This document shows, piece by piece, positions 43,701-52,613 of a stretch of 64,000 nucleotides of DNA. The stretch is from Longimicrobiales bacterium (GTDB lineage: Bacteria; Gemmatimonadota; Gemmatimonadetes; Longimicrobiales; Gaopeijiaceae), in the NCBI GenBank assembly GCA_965202805.1, contig OZ241869.1, positions 3,008,001 to 3,072,000 on the forward strand, in the 5' to 3' direction. The notes under the pieces are model-generated. The model was given only the letters and a program-made list of their open reading frames with translations, did no database searches and was not told the origin of the DNA. Made by a program: the position numbers and the translations under genes. Every line of letters starts with the position of its first letter. Positions within the stretch are counted from its first letter, which is position 1.

Positions 43701-45642
43701 GGGTCGCTTGGCCAACCTCGAGAAGTTGTACCTGGGCGGCAATCGGCTTGAGGGCTCCATTCCGCGCACGCTCGGCAACCTCTCCCGGTTGAACACCCTC
43801 AACCTGCAAGGGAACAACCTCGCGGGCTCCATTCCGGCCGAGCTTGGCCGCCTCGACCGGTTGGAGTACGCCTGGCTGGACGGCAACCAACTGACGGGTC
43901 CCGTGCCGGCGGAACTCGGGGGCCTGGCGTCCGCCACGATCCTCGCCCTCGCGAACAACGACCTGAGCGGCGGTCTGCCCGCTACGTTCGGCCGGCTCTC
44001 GAAGCTCGAGTTCCTGATGATGTCGAACAACGCGCGGATGTCCGGCGTCCTGCCGCGAAGCCTGCTGGCCATGGACGCGCTCAGGGCCTTCCACGCCGGC
44101 GGTACGGGCCTGTGCGCGCCCGCCGATGCGGGCTTCCAGGCCTGGCTGGGGACCGTGACGGACAGGCGCGTGTCGGACTGTCCCACGAACGAGCGATCGA
44201 AGGCCTACCTGATCCAGGCCGCGCAGTCGCTGGACTACCCCGTGCCGCTGGTCGCGGACGAGCCGGCACTGCTCCGGGTCTTCGTGACGGCAGCGACGGC
44301 GACGGACGCGCGGATTCCTCCCGTGCGCGCGACGTTCTACCACGGTGGCGCGGTGGCACATGTCGCGGAGATCGCCGGCGGATCGTCGCCCATCCCGACC
44401 GACATCGAGGAAGACCGGCTGTCGAAGTCGGCGAACGCCGGAATCCCGGCGGGCGTGATTCGACCGGGCCTGGAGATGGTGATCGAAATCGACCCCCACA
44501 ACACGCTGGATTCCGGGCTGGGCGTGCAAAGGCGCATCCCGGAAGCCGGCCGGGCAGCGGTGGAGGTCGTGCGGATGCCCCCGTTGCGGCTGACCTGGAT
44601 CCCGATGATCTCGCGCGATCAGCCGGATTCGTCGGTCGTGGCGACGGCCCGCGGCTTGACCGCGGGGAGCTCCCTGTTCCGGGAGATTCGCACGCTGCTG
44701 CCGGTCGGCGAGTTCGAGTTGACGGTTCATGACCCCGTGCTGACCTCGACGCGCGACTCGGGCGAGCTGCTGCGCCAGGTGGAGGCCATTCGCGTGATGG
44801 AGGGCCGCGGCGGCCACTACATGGGCACCATGGCGAACCTGACGGGCTCGCCAGGGGTCGCTCACCTACCCGGGCGGTCGAGCGTAGCCGGACTGGCAGG
44901 CGGGGTCATGGCTCACGAACTGGGCCACAACATGAGCCTCCTCCACGCGCCCTGCGGCGGCGCCGGCGGCCTGGATCCGTTCTTTCCCACCGCCACCGCC
45001 TCGATCGGCGTCTGGGGATACGACATCGGCGCCGACAGGCTGATTCCGGCCACCCACAAGGATTTGATGTCCTATTGCCATCCGCAGTGGATCAGCGACT
45101 ACAGCTTCGCCAAAGCGTTGCGGTACAGGTTGTTCGACGAGCGGCCGGGGGCTGCTGCCGCCACCTCTGCCCCGTCGCTGCTTCTTTGGGGCGGGGTGGG
45201 GGCGGACGGCGCACCGCTTCTGGAGCCGGCTTTCGTCGTGGACGCTCCGGCCGTGCTGCCCGACTCCGGTGGCGAACATCGGATCACCGGGCTCGCCGAC
45301 GACGGTTCGGAACTCTTTTCCGTCGAATTCACCATGTCCCGGGTTACCGACGGCGACGGACGCTCGTCATTCGCCTTCGCACTTCCCGTGCGACCCGGGT
45401 GGGAGGCCGATCTCGCGAGCATCACCCTTTCCGGCCCCGGCGGATCGGTCACGCTCGATGCAGATACCGACCTGCCGATGACGATCCTGCGCAACCCCCG
45501 CAACGGTCAGGTGCTGGGCATGACGCGCGGCCTCCCACCCGCGGCCCAGGCGGCCGGGGACGCTGCGGGATCGGCCGCCGGGCGGACGTTGGACATTCGC
45601 TTCAGCCGCGGGATTCCGGACGCCGCCGCCTGGAGGCGCTGA
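40771..45642 (+). CDS. Giant surface lipoprotein: ~5 Ig-like (Big_2) domains + 3 capped LRR modules + zinc peptidase (M66-like)
   Basis: AKGCGDG lipobox, Big_2 repeats, three SDR..LY.ATGG..W..NWL caps, 24-aa LRRs, AHELGHNMSLLH; ATG 40771 preferred over TTG 40354. Confidence 0.87.
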   Translation: MTRHRTIVRLFAVLAAAALAKGCGDGDGPIEPPPDAPRPATVAVTPASAVLSALGATVQLQAEVRDQNGQVLTDISVGWAGDSPEVATVDGSGLVTAVAEGSATITASAGEATGTAEVTVAQSPDSVSVTPEEATLAAVGDTLRLTAAAFDANGHAVEAAEFSWRSSDAAVATVDGSGLVTAVGEGNATITASAGEATGTAEVTVAQSPDSVSVSPEEATLAALGDTLRLMAAAFDANGHAVEGAEFSWRSSDDAVATVDGAGLVTAAGDGSATITASAGGATGTAEVTVRQSPDSVSVAPEEATLAAVGDTLRLLAAAFDANGHAVEAAEFSWKSSDEAVATVDGAGLVTAVDNGSATITASAGEATGTAEVTVEVVAVPIWIAVTPARATLLMGDTVRLAAEVRDAAGMPIGDATVAWSSADQSVASVDRWGLVRALATGETVITATSEELSARARITVVEPSDRGALVSLYRSTGGQTWLDRTNWLTDAPLGDWYGVTVDRAGRVVRLELDANNLAGPIPPEIAHLTQLRRLTLADNTLDGSIPPELGRLSLLDFLLLSNNSLSGEIPPELGKLTAMATMGMSGNRLNGRIPPEIGRLTRLRWLDLGHNDLTGGIPPVLAIPGLQTLIVAGNLLRGPVPSSFLRSGLQWLEMSMPRHRNLYLCLPGTSAFVAWAARSVDHDPRFCNDSDRAALEALHQATGGAGWRNSRRWLADPAVGEWFGVEADSLGRVVALDLTNNGLSGELPARLGHLAALTELRIGNNALSGRLPTSLTALSLRELHYSGTGLCAPADASFSAWLSTIAAHVGSGLECAPTSDRDVLETLYRATGGPNWRNRTNWLTGAPLDQWHGVDVDAEGRVTALQLVDNNLNGVIPPELGRLARLENLQLFGNPLTGPIPPELGNLSRLRRLYLFFTLLSGTIPRELGNLQALEELWLERIPLTGSIPPELGRLSKLRFLAAPESNLSGSIPPELGRLANLEKLYLGGNRLEGSIPRTLGNLSRLNTLNLQGNNLAGSIPAELGRLDRLEYAWLDGNQLTGPVPAELGGLASATILALANNDLSGGLPATFGRLSKLEFLMMSNNARMSGVLPRSLLAMDALRAFHAGGTGLCAPADAGFQAWLGTVTDRRVSDCPTNERSKAYLIQAAQSLDYPVPLVADEPALLRVFVTAATATDARIPPVRATFYHGGAVAHVAEIAGGSSPIPTDIEEDRLSKSANAGIPAGVIRPGLEMVIEIDPHNTLDSGLGVQRRIPEAGRAAVEVVRMPPLRLTWIPMISRDQPDSSVVATARGLTAGSSLFREIRTLLPVGEFELTVHDPVLTSTRDSGELLRQVEAIRVMEGRGGHYMGTMANLTGSPGVAHLPGRSSVAGLAGGVMAHELGHNMSLLHAPCGGAGGLDPFFPTATASIGVWGYDIGADRLIPATHKDLMSYCHPQWISDYSFAKALRYRLFDERPGAAAATSAPSLLLWGGVGADGAPLLEPAFVVDAPAVLPDSGGEHRITGLADDGSELFSVEFTMSRVTDGDGRSSFAFALPVRPGWEADLASITLSGPGGSVTLDADTDLPMTILRNPRNGQVLGMTRGLPPAAQAAGDAAGSAAGRTLDIRFSRGIPDAAAWRR
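41026..41895 (+). repeat. Near-identical 255-bp (85-aa) intragenic tandem repeat, about 3.4 copies
   Basis: CAGTCGCCCGACTC.GTGTCGGTG.CGCCGGAGGAAGCGACCCTTGCCGC recurs in units starting at 41131, 41386 and 41641. Confidence 0.9.
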
Positions 45643-45693
45643 CGCCGGCATGTAAGCCATTGAGAGGATATGCGAGGTGGATTACCTTGCACC

Positions 45694-48282
45694 ATGCATT
45701 CCTTCCAACGCCCCCGGCTGGACGAGCTCGTCCATTTCCTCACCACGCCGAGTCCTCCACGGATCGTCGCGCTTACCGGACCCCGTCAAACGGGCAAGAC
45801 CACGATGATCCGCCAGGCGCTCGGACGCGTGGACATCCCGAGCCGCTATTTTCCGGTCGATGAGCGCCTCGAGAAACATGTGCACCAACGGGGCGAAGAG
45901 GGCGACTCGGTGCGGACCGCATGGCTCCTGGACGCCTGGAAGAAGGCTCGCCGGGACGCCGAGCAAAGAGCGCGGGGCTTTGTCCTGGCCCTGGACGAAA
46001 TCCAGTACGTCAAGGGCTGGTCGACCATCGTAAAGACCCAGTGGGACCGGGACCGGCGAACCGGCTGCCCGTTGCGCGTGATCGTGTGCGGATCCGCTCC
46101 CTGGACGATGCTGACCGGCGGCCACGAGACCATCGTGGGCCGTTTCATGCCAGTGCATGCCCGCCACTGGTCCTTCTCCGAGATGTCGGCCGCGTTCGGC
46201 TTCAGCGTCGACGAATACCTGTTCTTCGGCGGCTACCCCGGCACGGCATCCGTGGCCGGCAACCTGGAAGTCTGGCGAAGGGCTGTTCTCGATACGGTCA
46301 TCGCGCCCGCCATCGAGCGGGACATCGTCGCCCTGACCCGGGTGGACAAGCCGTCGCTCATGCGCCGCCTGATGGAGCTGGCCGCCCGGTATTCCGGCCA
46401 GATGCTGTCGTACAACAAGATGCTGGGCCAGCTGCAGGAGGCCGGAAACACGACCACGCTGGCGACCTACCTCGATCTGCTTTCGGACGCTGGCCTCGTC
46501 ACTGGTCTTCCCAGGTACTCCGCCAAGCCGTATCCGGGCAGGGCCGCGAGCCCCAAGCTGAACGTGCTCAATACCGCGCTGATGACGGCGCCCTTGAGAC
46601 GCACCTTCGAGGAAGTCCGTGCTGACCGGACGTTCTGGGGGCGCCTCGTCGAGAGCGCCGTCGGAGCACACCTCCATAACTCGGGGGGAAGTGCGGTGAG
46701 GCTGTCCTATTGGCGCGACGGGGCGCACGAGGTCGACTTCGTGCTCTCCCGCGGTCCGAACCTGGTTGGCATCGAAGTCAAGAGCGGACCGCGACTGGGG
46801 CGCCTCAGCGGACTCGCGGAATTCAGGAAGCGGTTCCCTGGCGCCCGCACGTTCGTGGTGGGCGAGCGTGGGGTGCCGCTGGCCGAGTTTCTCTCCCATC
46901 CGGCGCGCTACTGGGCCGACAACCCGGTGCCCTCCGCGACCGATGGAGCGGGAGGGAGCCGTTCGGTCCGCGAGCCGTCTCCGGGATACGGAGCACCCTC
47001 GGGATCGTTCCCGGGGTATGGAGACCCGACTGTGCCCGGGCTGGAAGAAGCCGAGGACCCCATCCTGCGCGACCAACGGATCAAGCTCATGGCGGGCGTC
47101 CGAGAGCACGAGGACGCGCTGGCGCGGGGCCGGGGAACGCCGTGGCTCTGGCATATGATCGGGCGTGCGTACATGGGGGCGATGCCGGAGCACTTCGAGG
47201 ACGACCCGATTGAGCGCCTCCGGGTTCGATTGGCGCGCGACGATGATCTCCTGGCATCGGTGCTCGCCGGTCTGCCCCGCCTCGTGGGAAGGGACGATCT
47301 CCCTTCCCTGGACGAGATCGTCCAGCTGGAGGAGGAGCATGCGAAAGCGCCGCCCTTCACCAATGCGGTGCCGCGCTTCGCGTACCAGATCCTGGCCGGA
47401 ATGGGCGAAATCGGGCGGCTCGGCGGGGACGCGCTGGACGGGCTCGATGCGGGAGGGGTCGCAAGAGCCATTGGCTGCTACTACATCACGCCCTACGTGG
47501 AGGAGCCGGCGTGGTATCGGCGGGCCGTCCGGGCGCACCCGGAGCCCTGTGCGGATGCGCTGGTCGTGGTGCACGAGTCGCTCATCCGCCGCCGAAGGGA
47601 CCACAACAACCATCTCTTCGCGCTCGCCGGCGACTCCATCTACGCCGAGGTGGCGCGGCGGGGGGTGCCTCCGCTGCTCGGTGTCTTCCCCACGCGGTGT
47701 TCGCGAACCCAGGTGTCGGCACTGCACGCGCTCCTGTGGGCCGCGCTGGTGCATGTGCCGCGAGAGGAGTTCGCGGACCGGCTTCGTCGCCGGGTGGCCG
47801 CCCGGGGCATGGATGTCGCTCAGCGCGCGGTCTGGCTGGCTGCGGGATTGATCGCATCGGCCCGGGAGTTCACGCCGGCGGTCGTGAGCTTTGTCGAAAA
47901 GGGCCGGGAGCCGAGGGCGCGCCACATTCTCAGGTTTCTCGTGCCCGGCTGGCTCAAGCGGCCCGCCATCCCGGAGCCCTGGGCCGAATGGGATACGGCG
48001 GACATCGCGGCGCTGGTCCGGGCGCTGGGCTCCTGGTACGACCCATGGTGGGGCGGCCTCGGCGGCCACCGGTCCAGGCTCGGATCCTCAACCTTCAGCC
48101 TGCGCACCGACGGCCTCATCAAGCGCTGGCTGGTGATTCTCGCCCAACGCGCGGATCCCGGGGCCGGTCAGGCGCTGGATTCGCTGGCCGGCGATCCGGC
48201 GCTGGAGACCTGGTATGACGTGATCGAGGAAGCGAAGACCCGGCGCCGGGCAAGGGCGATCAGAGCCCGCCACACCGTCTGA
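45694..48282 (+). CDS. AAA+ ATPase (AAA_14) with DUF4143 PD-(D/E)xK-like domain and long C-terminal extension
   Basis: GPRQTGKTT Walker A, LALDEIQ Walker B, GGYP, EVDFVL..IEVKSG, then ~420 extra aa. Confidence 0.82.
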   Translation: MHSFQRPRLDELVHFLTTPSPPRIVALTGPRQTGKTTMIRQALGRVDIPSRYFPVDERLEKHVHQRGEEGDSVRTAWLLDAWKKARRDAEQRARGFVLALDEIQYVKGWSTIVKTQWDRDRRTGCPLRVIVCGSAPWTMLTGGHETIVGRFMPVHARHWSFSEMSAAFGFSVDEYLFFGGYPGTASVAGNLEVWRRAVLDTVIAPAIERDIVALTRVDKPSLMRRLMELAARYSGQMLSYNKMLGQLQEAGNTTTLATYLDLLSDAGLVTGLPRYSAKPYPGRAASPKLNVLNTALMTAPLRRTFEEVRADRTFWGRLVESAVGAHLHNSGGSAVRLSYWRDGAHEVDFVLSRGPNLVGIEVKSGPRLGRLSGLAEFRKRFPGARTFVVGERGVPLAEFLSHPARYWADNPVPSATDGAGGSRSVREPSPGYGAPSGSFPGYGDPTVPGLEEAEDPILRDQRIKLMAGVREHEDALARGRGTPWLWHMIGRAYMGAMPEHFEDDPIERLRVRLARDDDLLASVLAGLPRLVGRDDLPSLDEIVQLEEEHAKAPPFTNAVPRFAYQILAGMGEIGRLGGDALDGLDAGGVARAIGCYYITPYVEEPAWYRRAVRAHPEPCADALVVVHESLIRRRRDHNNHLFALAGDSIYAEVARRGVPPLLGVFPTRCSRTQVSALHALLWAALVHVPREEFADRLRRRVAARGMDVAQRAVWLAAGLIASAREFTPAVVSFVEKGREPRARHILRFLVPGWLKRPAIPEPWAEWDTADIAALVRALGSWYDPWWGGLGGHRSRLGSSTFSLRTDGLIKRWLVILAQRADPGAGQALDSLAGDPALETWYDVIEEAKTRRRARAIRARHTV

Positions 48283-48288
48283 CCGGGA

Positions 48289-48834
48289 CTACATCCAGCC
48301 TTCCCGCTCCGCGAGCCGCTCGATGTGCGCCAGATGGTGCCGGCCGTGCCAGGCGTACAGGCCCACGGTCCGGGCCAGCGGCACCGGGCCGGCAGCCGGA
48401 TGCACGAACTCGAGCTGGAACCGGGGCCAGTCGAGGCCGCGCAGCAGCTCCTCCCAGCGGGTGTGCAGGGCCTCCAGAGCGTCGAGCGACGGGCCGACCG
48501 GGCCCCGGGCGTCCGGTAACTCCGCCCAGGCCTTCTCGTTGTAGGCCTTGATGACCGGCCGGTCCTCGGTCAGGGTCCACTTGAAGCGCACGTAGCTGTT
48601 CAGGTGGCTGTCGAACAGGTGGTGCACGATCTGGCGCACGGTCCAGCCGTCCGGACGGTACGGCGTGTCCAGCTGTTCGTCCGAGAGGGGCGCGACCGTC
48701 GCCCGCAGGTCGGCGGGAAGAGCCGCAATCTCGTCGATCCAGACCTCGACCTGCTGCTCCGTGATCGCTTCGGGAGGGGCGTACCGGCCGATGGGATAGC
48801 GAAGGTCGGGCGTGCCGGAATTCGTGGGTGTCAT
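48289..48834 (-). CDS. YfiT/BstA-like DinB-superfamily thiol S-transferase
   Basis: LRYPIG, LDTPYRPDGWTVRQIVHHL.DSH, YAWHGRHHLAHI. Confidence 0.88.
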   Translation of the reverse strand: MTPTNSGTPDLRYPIGRYAPPEAITEQQVEVWIDEIAALPADLRATVAPLSDEQLDTPYRPDGWTVRQIVHHLFDSHLNSYVRFKWTLTEDRPVIKAYNEKAWAELPDARGPVGPSLDALEALHTRWEELLRGLDWPRFQLEFVHPAAGPVPLARTVGLYAWHGRHHLAHIERLAEREGWM

Positions 48835-48911
48835 CGGGTTCCTTTCCTCGGTATGCAGCAGGCGAAAATGGTCGGGACTGCCGGCGGGCAGCCCGCGGGC
48901 CGATGGCGGCG

Positions 48912-49748
48912 TTACCGCGTACCCAGCACACAGTATTGATAGATCCTCAGCCCTTCATCCTCCGCCATGTTCTCCGCGATGTCGTCGGTGCCGTACGCCT
49001 CGCCCAGGTCTCCGATGGGCCCCGACTCCAATACCTTGAGCGGGGTCTCGGCCTCGAAAACCGACAGGTCCTTGAAACCGGTCGGGAAGGAAGCCCCCAT
49101 CGCGCGCTCCACCGCTTCAATGCGTTCCAGGTCCTCCTGCCTCTCGAAATCGCGCTCCGCCAGGTCCTCGGCGAAGTAGTCGAACGCGATCCGAAACGAT
49201 GACATCCCGCCGCAAAGGCTGTTGAGGAACGGGAAGATGGTGTGCGTGGGGAGGTACATGGTGTTCCCCTCCCAGACGACCGCGGTGCGGGCGTTCCGGT
49301 CGAATCCGGCTTCCGCGAGCCTCCCGGGAAGGTCGACCTCCAGGTAGTTGTGGGGCACCGACGAGCTTGGGGCAACGCCGTGTTCGCGCAGGACTCCGTG
49401 CTTGTACTCCACCACGGGTCCCTGGTCGACCTCGTAGTGGGTCACGCCCGGAGCGGCGAAGATGTGCGCTCGCATGTCCAGACCGGCCCCCAGCGACACG
49501 ACCTGGCGCGCGCCCTCCGCGATCTCGCGCTGGACGAAACGGTTGAAGTAGCGGGTGCGGAACCGCAGCATGCTGGTGGACTCGGGAACGGCCGTGGCCA
49601 GCTGGCGGGCCATCCCCATCGCCTGGTCCGTGACGAACCATTCCGCATACGGGTCTTCGAAGAGGGGCTGCGGGTGCTCCTTCTCCATCGCCCGAAAGCA
49701 GGCGATCACGAACGCGGTGGTGCCGATTTCGTTGATGTCGACGGTCAT
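48912..49748 (-). CDS. SAM-dependent methyltransferase, LCM/TIGR00027-like
   Basis: TTA...RA.E, FEDPYA, RTRYF, QVVSLGAGLDMRA, WEGNTMYL; AGGAG RBS. Confidence 0.85.
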   Translation of the reverse strand: MTVDINEIGTTAFVIACFRAMEKEHPQPLFEDPYAEWFVTDQAMGMARQLATAVPESTSMLRFRTRYFNRFVQREIAEGARQVVSLGAGLDMRAHIFAAPGVTHYEVDQGPVVEYKHGVLREHGVAPSSSVPHNYLEVDLPGRLAEAGFDRNARTAVVWEGNTMYLPTHTIFPFLNSLCGGMSSFRIAFDYFAEDLAERDFERQEDLERIEAVERAMGASFPTGFKDLSVFEAETPLKVLESGPIGDLGEAYGTDDIAENMAEDEGLRIYQYCVLGTR

Positions 49749-49890
49749 GGCTGACTCCTGATTTCGTCGCATTGGTGTGGGAAAGTGACTCATCGCGAGC
49801 GCGCCGAAGTCTAGTCCCCCGATGGTGGCCGAACCAGATGCGGACGCCGCGTGATTGACGCCGGGCGCTCGCCCGCGAACTATGGGACCC

Positions 49891-50565
49891 ATGTCGCACT
49901 CCGTTCGCCGTCATCTGCGCGTCGAGGTGGACGCCTACGACGAGATCATCCGCCGCTTCATCCCCGGCTACGAGACGATGCTCGTTACCGCGGCGCGCGC
50001 GGTCGCGGCCGACGGCCCGGGACTGGTGCTCGACCTCGGGGCCGGCACCGGAGCCCTCTCCGAGGCGATCCTCCGGCACGAGGCCGTCGACGCCGTCGAG
50101 CTTGTCGACGTGGACCCGGAGATGCTCGACCAGGCGCGGGCCCGGCTGGAGCGCTTCGGGAGCCGTGCGCGCTTCCGCGAGCAGTCCTTTCTGGGTCCGT
50201 TGCCCGCGTGCGACGCTGTCGCGGCTTCCCTGGCGCTCCATCATATTCCCGAAATGGCGGACAAGGGCACCCTCTACCGGCGCATCCATGCATCCCTGCG
50301 CCCCGGGGGCGTCTTCGTGAACGCGGACGCGGTGATGCCGGCGGATCCTGAGGGGCGGGACGCCGGGTACGCATTCTGGGCCGCGCACATGGTCTCCCGG
50401 GGCATCCCCGAGGAACGAGCCCGGCAGCATTTCGCGGAGTGGGCGGAGGAAGACACCTACCAGCCGATCGAACTGGAGCTGGCGGCGATGGCGACCGCGG
50501 GTTTCGAGGCCGGGATCGCGTGGCACGAGGGGCCCATGGCCGTCCTTACGGGGCACAAGGCATAG
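49891..50565 (+). CDS. Class I SAM-dependent methyltransferase
   Basis: YDEIIRRFIPGY, VLDLGAGTG, LALHH, LRPGGVFVNAD. Confidence 0.85.
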   Translation: MSHSVRRHLRVEVDAYDEIIRRFIPGYETMLVTAARAVAADGPGLVLDLGAGTGALSEAILRHEAVDAVELVDVDPEMLDQARARLERFGSRARFREQSFLGPLPACDAVAASLALHHIPEMADKGTLYRRIHASLRPGGVFVNADAVMPADPEGRDAGYAFWAAHMVSRGIPEERARQHFAEWAEEDTYQPIELELAAMATAGFEAGIAWHEGPMAVLTGHKA

Positions 50566-50571
50566 GACACG

Positions 50572-51513
50572 ATGCAGCCGAGACCCTGCCGACAGCGCTC
50601 GCGGGTTGCCGGACGGTACACCGCCGGTGTCGTGCTGGCTTGTGTTGCTGCAGGCACCGGTCGGCCGCCGGAGGCTCTCGCCCAGTCGACCGGCAGCACA
50701 CGGGTATACGAAGCGCCGATGGCCTCTTCAGCCCCGGTGATCGACGGGGACCTCGGCGACGAGGCGTGGCGCGATGCGCCCTGGACGGAGTCCTTCGTCG
50801 ACATCCGGGGCGAGGACTGGCCAGATCCGCAGTGGGCCACCCGCGCCAGCCTCACCTGGGACGCATGCTGCCTGTACGTGGCGGCGGAACTCGAGGAGCC
50901 GCACCTCTGGGCGACGCTCACGGAGCGGGACGCGATCATCTACCGCGACCACGACTTCGAGGTCTTCCTCGATCCCGACGGGGACGGGCTGGCGTACTAC
51001 GAACTGGAGATCAACGCGCTCGGCACGGAGTTCGACCTCTTTCTGGACAGGCCCTACCGGAACGGGGGCAGCGCCGACATCGCGTGGGACATGGCGGGAC
51101 TGCGAACGGCGGTACGGCTCGACGGCACCCTCAACGACCCGTCGGACGAGGATCGGGGCTGGACCGTGGAGATCGCGATTCCGTGGTCGGCGCTGCGGCC
51201 CCCGGACGAGGTTGCGATCGGCCCGGAAGCGGCGCCGGACGATGCACTCCGGGGCGGCGGGCGCGACTTGCCGGATGCCGCGAATCGCAAGCCGGGGCTG
51301 GCCCCCGCTCCCGGCGACGAATGGCGCGTCAACTTCTCCCGGGTCCAGTGGCCCCTCGTCATCGTGGACGGGGGCTACCGCAAGGCCCGGGAACCCGTGG
51401 ACTGGAGCGACCACCCGGAAGACAACTGGGTCTGGTCTCCCCAGGGAGAAATCGACATGCACATCCCGGAGAAGTGGGGCGTGGTCCGCTTCGTTGGGAG
51501 GAATCCCGGGTGA
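50572..51513 (+). CDS. Carbohydrate-binding family 9-like (DOMON) protein
   Basis: PVIDGDL.D.AW, DFEVFLDPDGD..YYELEINALGT, WTVEIAIPW, WRVNFSRVQW, NWVWSPQG. Confidence 0.82.
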   Translation: MQPRPCRQRSRVAGRYTAGVVLACVAAGTGRPPEALAQSTGSTRVYEAPMASSAPVIDGDLGDEAWRDAPWTESFVDIRGEDWPDPQWATRASLTWDACCLYVAAELEEPHLWATLTERDAIIYRDHDFEVFLDPDGDGLAYYELEINALGTEFDLFLDRPYRNGGSADIAWDMAGLRTAVRLDGTLNDPSDEDRGWTVEIAIPWSALRPPDEVAIGPEAAPDDALRGGGRDLPDAANRKPGLAPAPGDEWRVNFSRVQWPLVIVDGGYRKAREPVDWSDHPEDNWVWSPQGEIDMHIPEKWGVVRFVGRNPG

Positions 51514-51515
51514 GC

Positions 51516-52613
51516 ATGAACCGTCGCGATTTCGTTCAGGCTGCCGGCGGCGCGCTGGCGCTTGCTCCGCTGCTGGGTTGCGCTTCGGGAGCCGATGAGG
51601 CGTCGTCCTTCAGCGTCTGGAGCTGGGTGCACGGCGACCGCGACCGTGACGAAGGCGAATGGCGGTGGCGTTTCGCGCGCCTGCGGGAGTCAGGGGTGGG
51701 CGCCGTGCTCGTCGGAGGAGGGGACGTCGAGCGGGTCTCGGGCGCGGCGCGCGCCGAGGGGCTCGAGTATCATCGCTGGTTCTGGACGATGAACCGGAAC
51801 GGGGACGCCTGGGCCAGGGAGAACCATCCCGAGTGGTTCACGGTGAGCCGCACCCTGCAGAGCTCGCTCGAGCACCCGCCCTACGTGGACTACTACCGGT
51901 GGGTCTGCCCCTCGCGGGAACCGGTGCGGGCGTACCTGCGCGGGCTGGTGGGCGAACTGGCCGCCGACCCCGCGATCGACGGCGTACACCTCGATTACGT
52001 GCGCCACTGCGACGTCATCCTGCCGCGCGGGCTGTGGGAGACCTACGACCTGGTTCAGGACATCGAGCACCCCGAGTTCGACTTCTGCTACTGCGACGTG
52101 TGCCGCGAACAGTTCGCCGCGCTCGACGGCCGGGATCCGCTCGATATTCCCGATCCTCCGGCCGACGAGGCCTGGCGCCGATTCCGCTGGGACAGCGTGA
52201 CCGGGGCGGTCCGCGAGCTTGCGGAGGAGGTGCACGGCCACGGCAAGCCGATCAGCGCGGCGGTGTTCCCGACTCCGGCGATCGCGCGCACGCTGGTGCG
52301 GCAGGCTTGGGACGAGTGGCCCCTGGACCGCTTCTTTCCGATGCTCTACCAGGGATTCTACCTGGAGGACGTGGCGTGGATCGGGGATGGGGTGAGAGAG
52401 GGCGTGGCTGCGCTGGCAGGGCGCGGCGGCACGCCTCTCTGCGCGGGGCTGTATCTCCCGTCGCTGGATCTGGCGCAGCTGGCGGAGGCGGTGGAGACGG
52501 CCAGGGCCGCCGGGGCGGAGGGGGTTTCCCTGTTCGAGATGGACGGACTGAGCGATGAACACCTGGCTGCGCTGCCGACGCCGGGAGAGCCGACAGGCGA
52601 GGACGCAAGATGA
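51516..52613 (+). CDS. Tat-exported glycoside hydrolase-like protein (GHL10/DUF187-type TIM barrel)
   Basis: MNRRDFV twin-arginine signal, HPEWF, DGVHLDYVR, SAAVFP, RQAW, PMLY. Confidence 0.78.
   Translation: MNRRDFVQAAGGALALAPLLGCASGADEASSFSVWSWVHGDRDRDEGEWRWRFARLRESGVGAVLVGGGDVERVSGAARAEGLEYHRWFWTMNRNGDAWARENHPEWFTVSRTLQSSLEHPPYVDYYRWVCPSREPVRAYLRGLVGELAADPAIDGVHLDYVRHCDVILPRGLWETYDLVQDIEHPEFDFCYCDVCREQFAALDGRDPLDIPDPPADEAWRRFRWDSVTGAVRELAEEVHGHGKPISAAVFPTPAIARTLVRQAWDEWPLDRFFPMLYQGFYLEDVAWIGDGVREGVAALAGRGGTPLCAGLYLPSLDLAQLAEAVETARAAGAEGVSLFEMDGLSDEHLAALPTPGEPTGEDAR

Noticed and set aside
24165..45642. Diversity-generating retroelement acting on the LRR paralogs or the duplicated BNR 3' end
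   Set aside because: No reverse transcriptase in the window, and differences between the duplicate copies are not confined to adenines and include a deletion.
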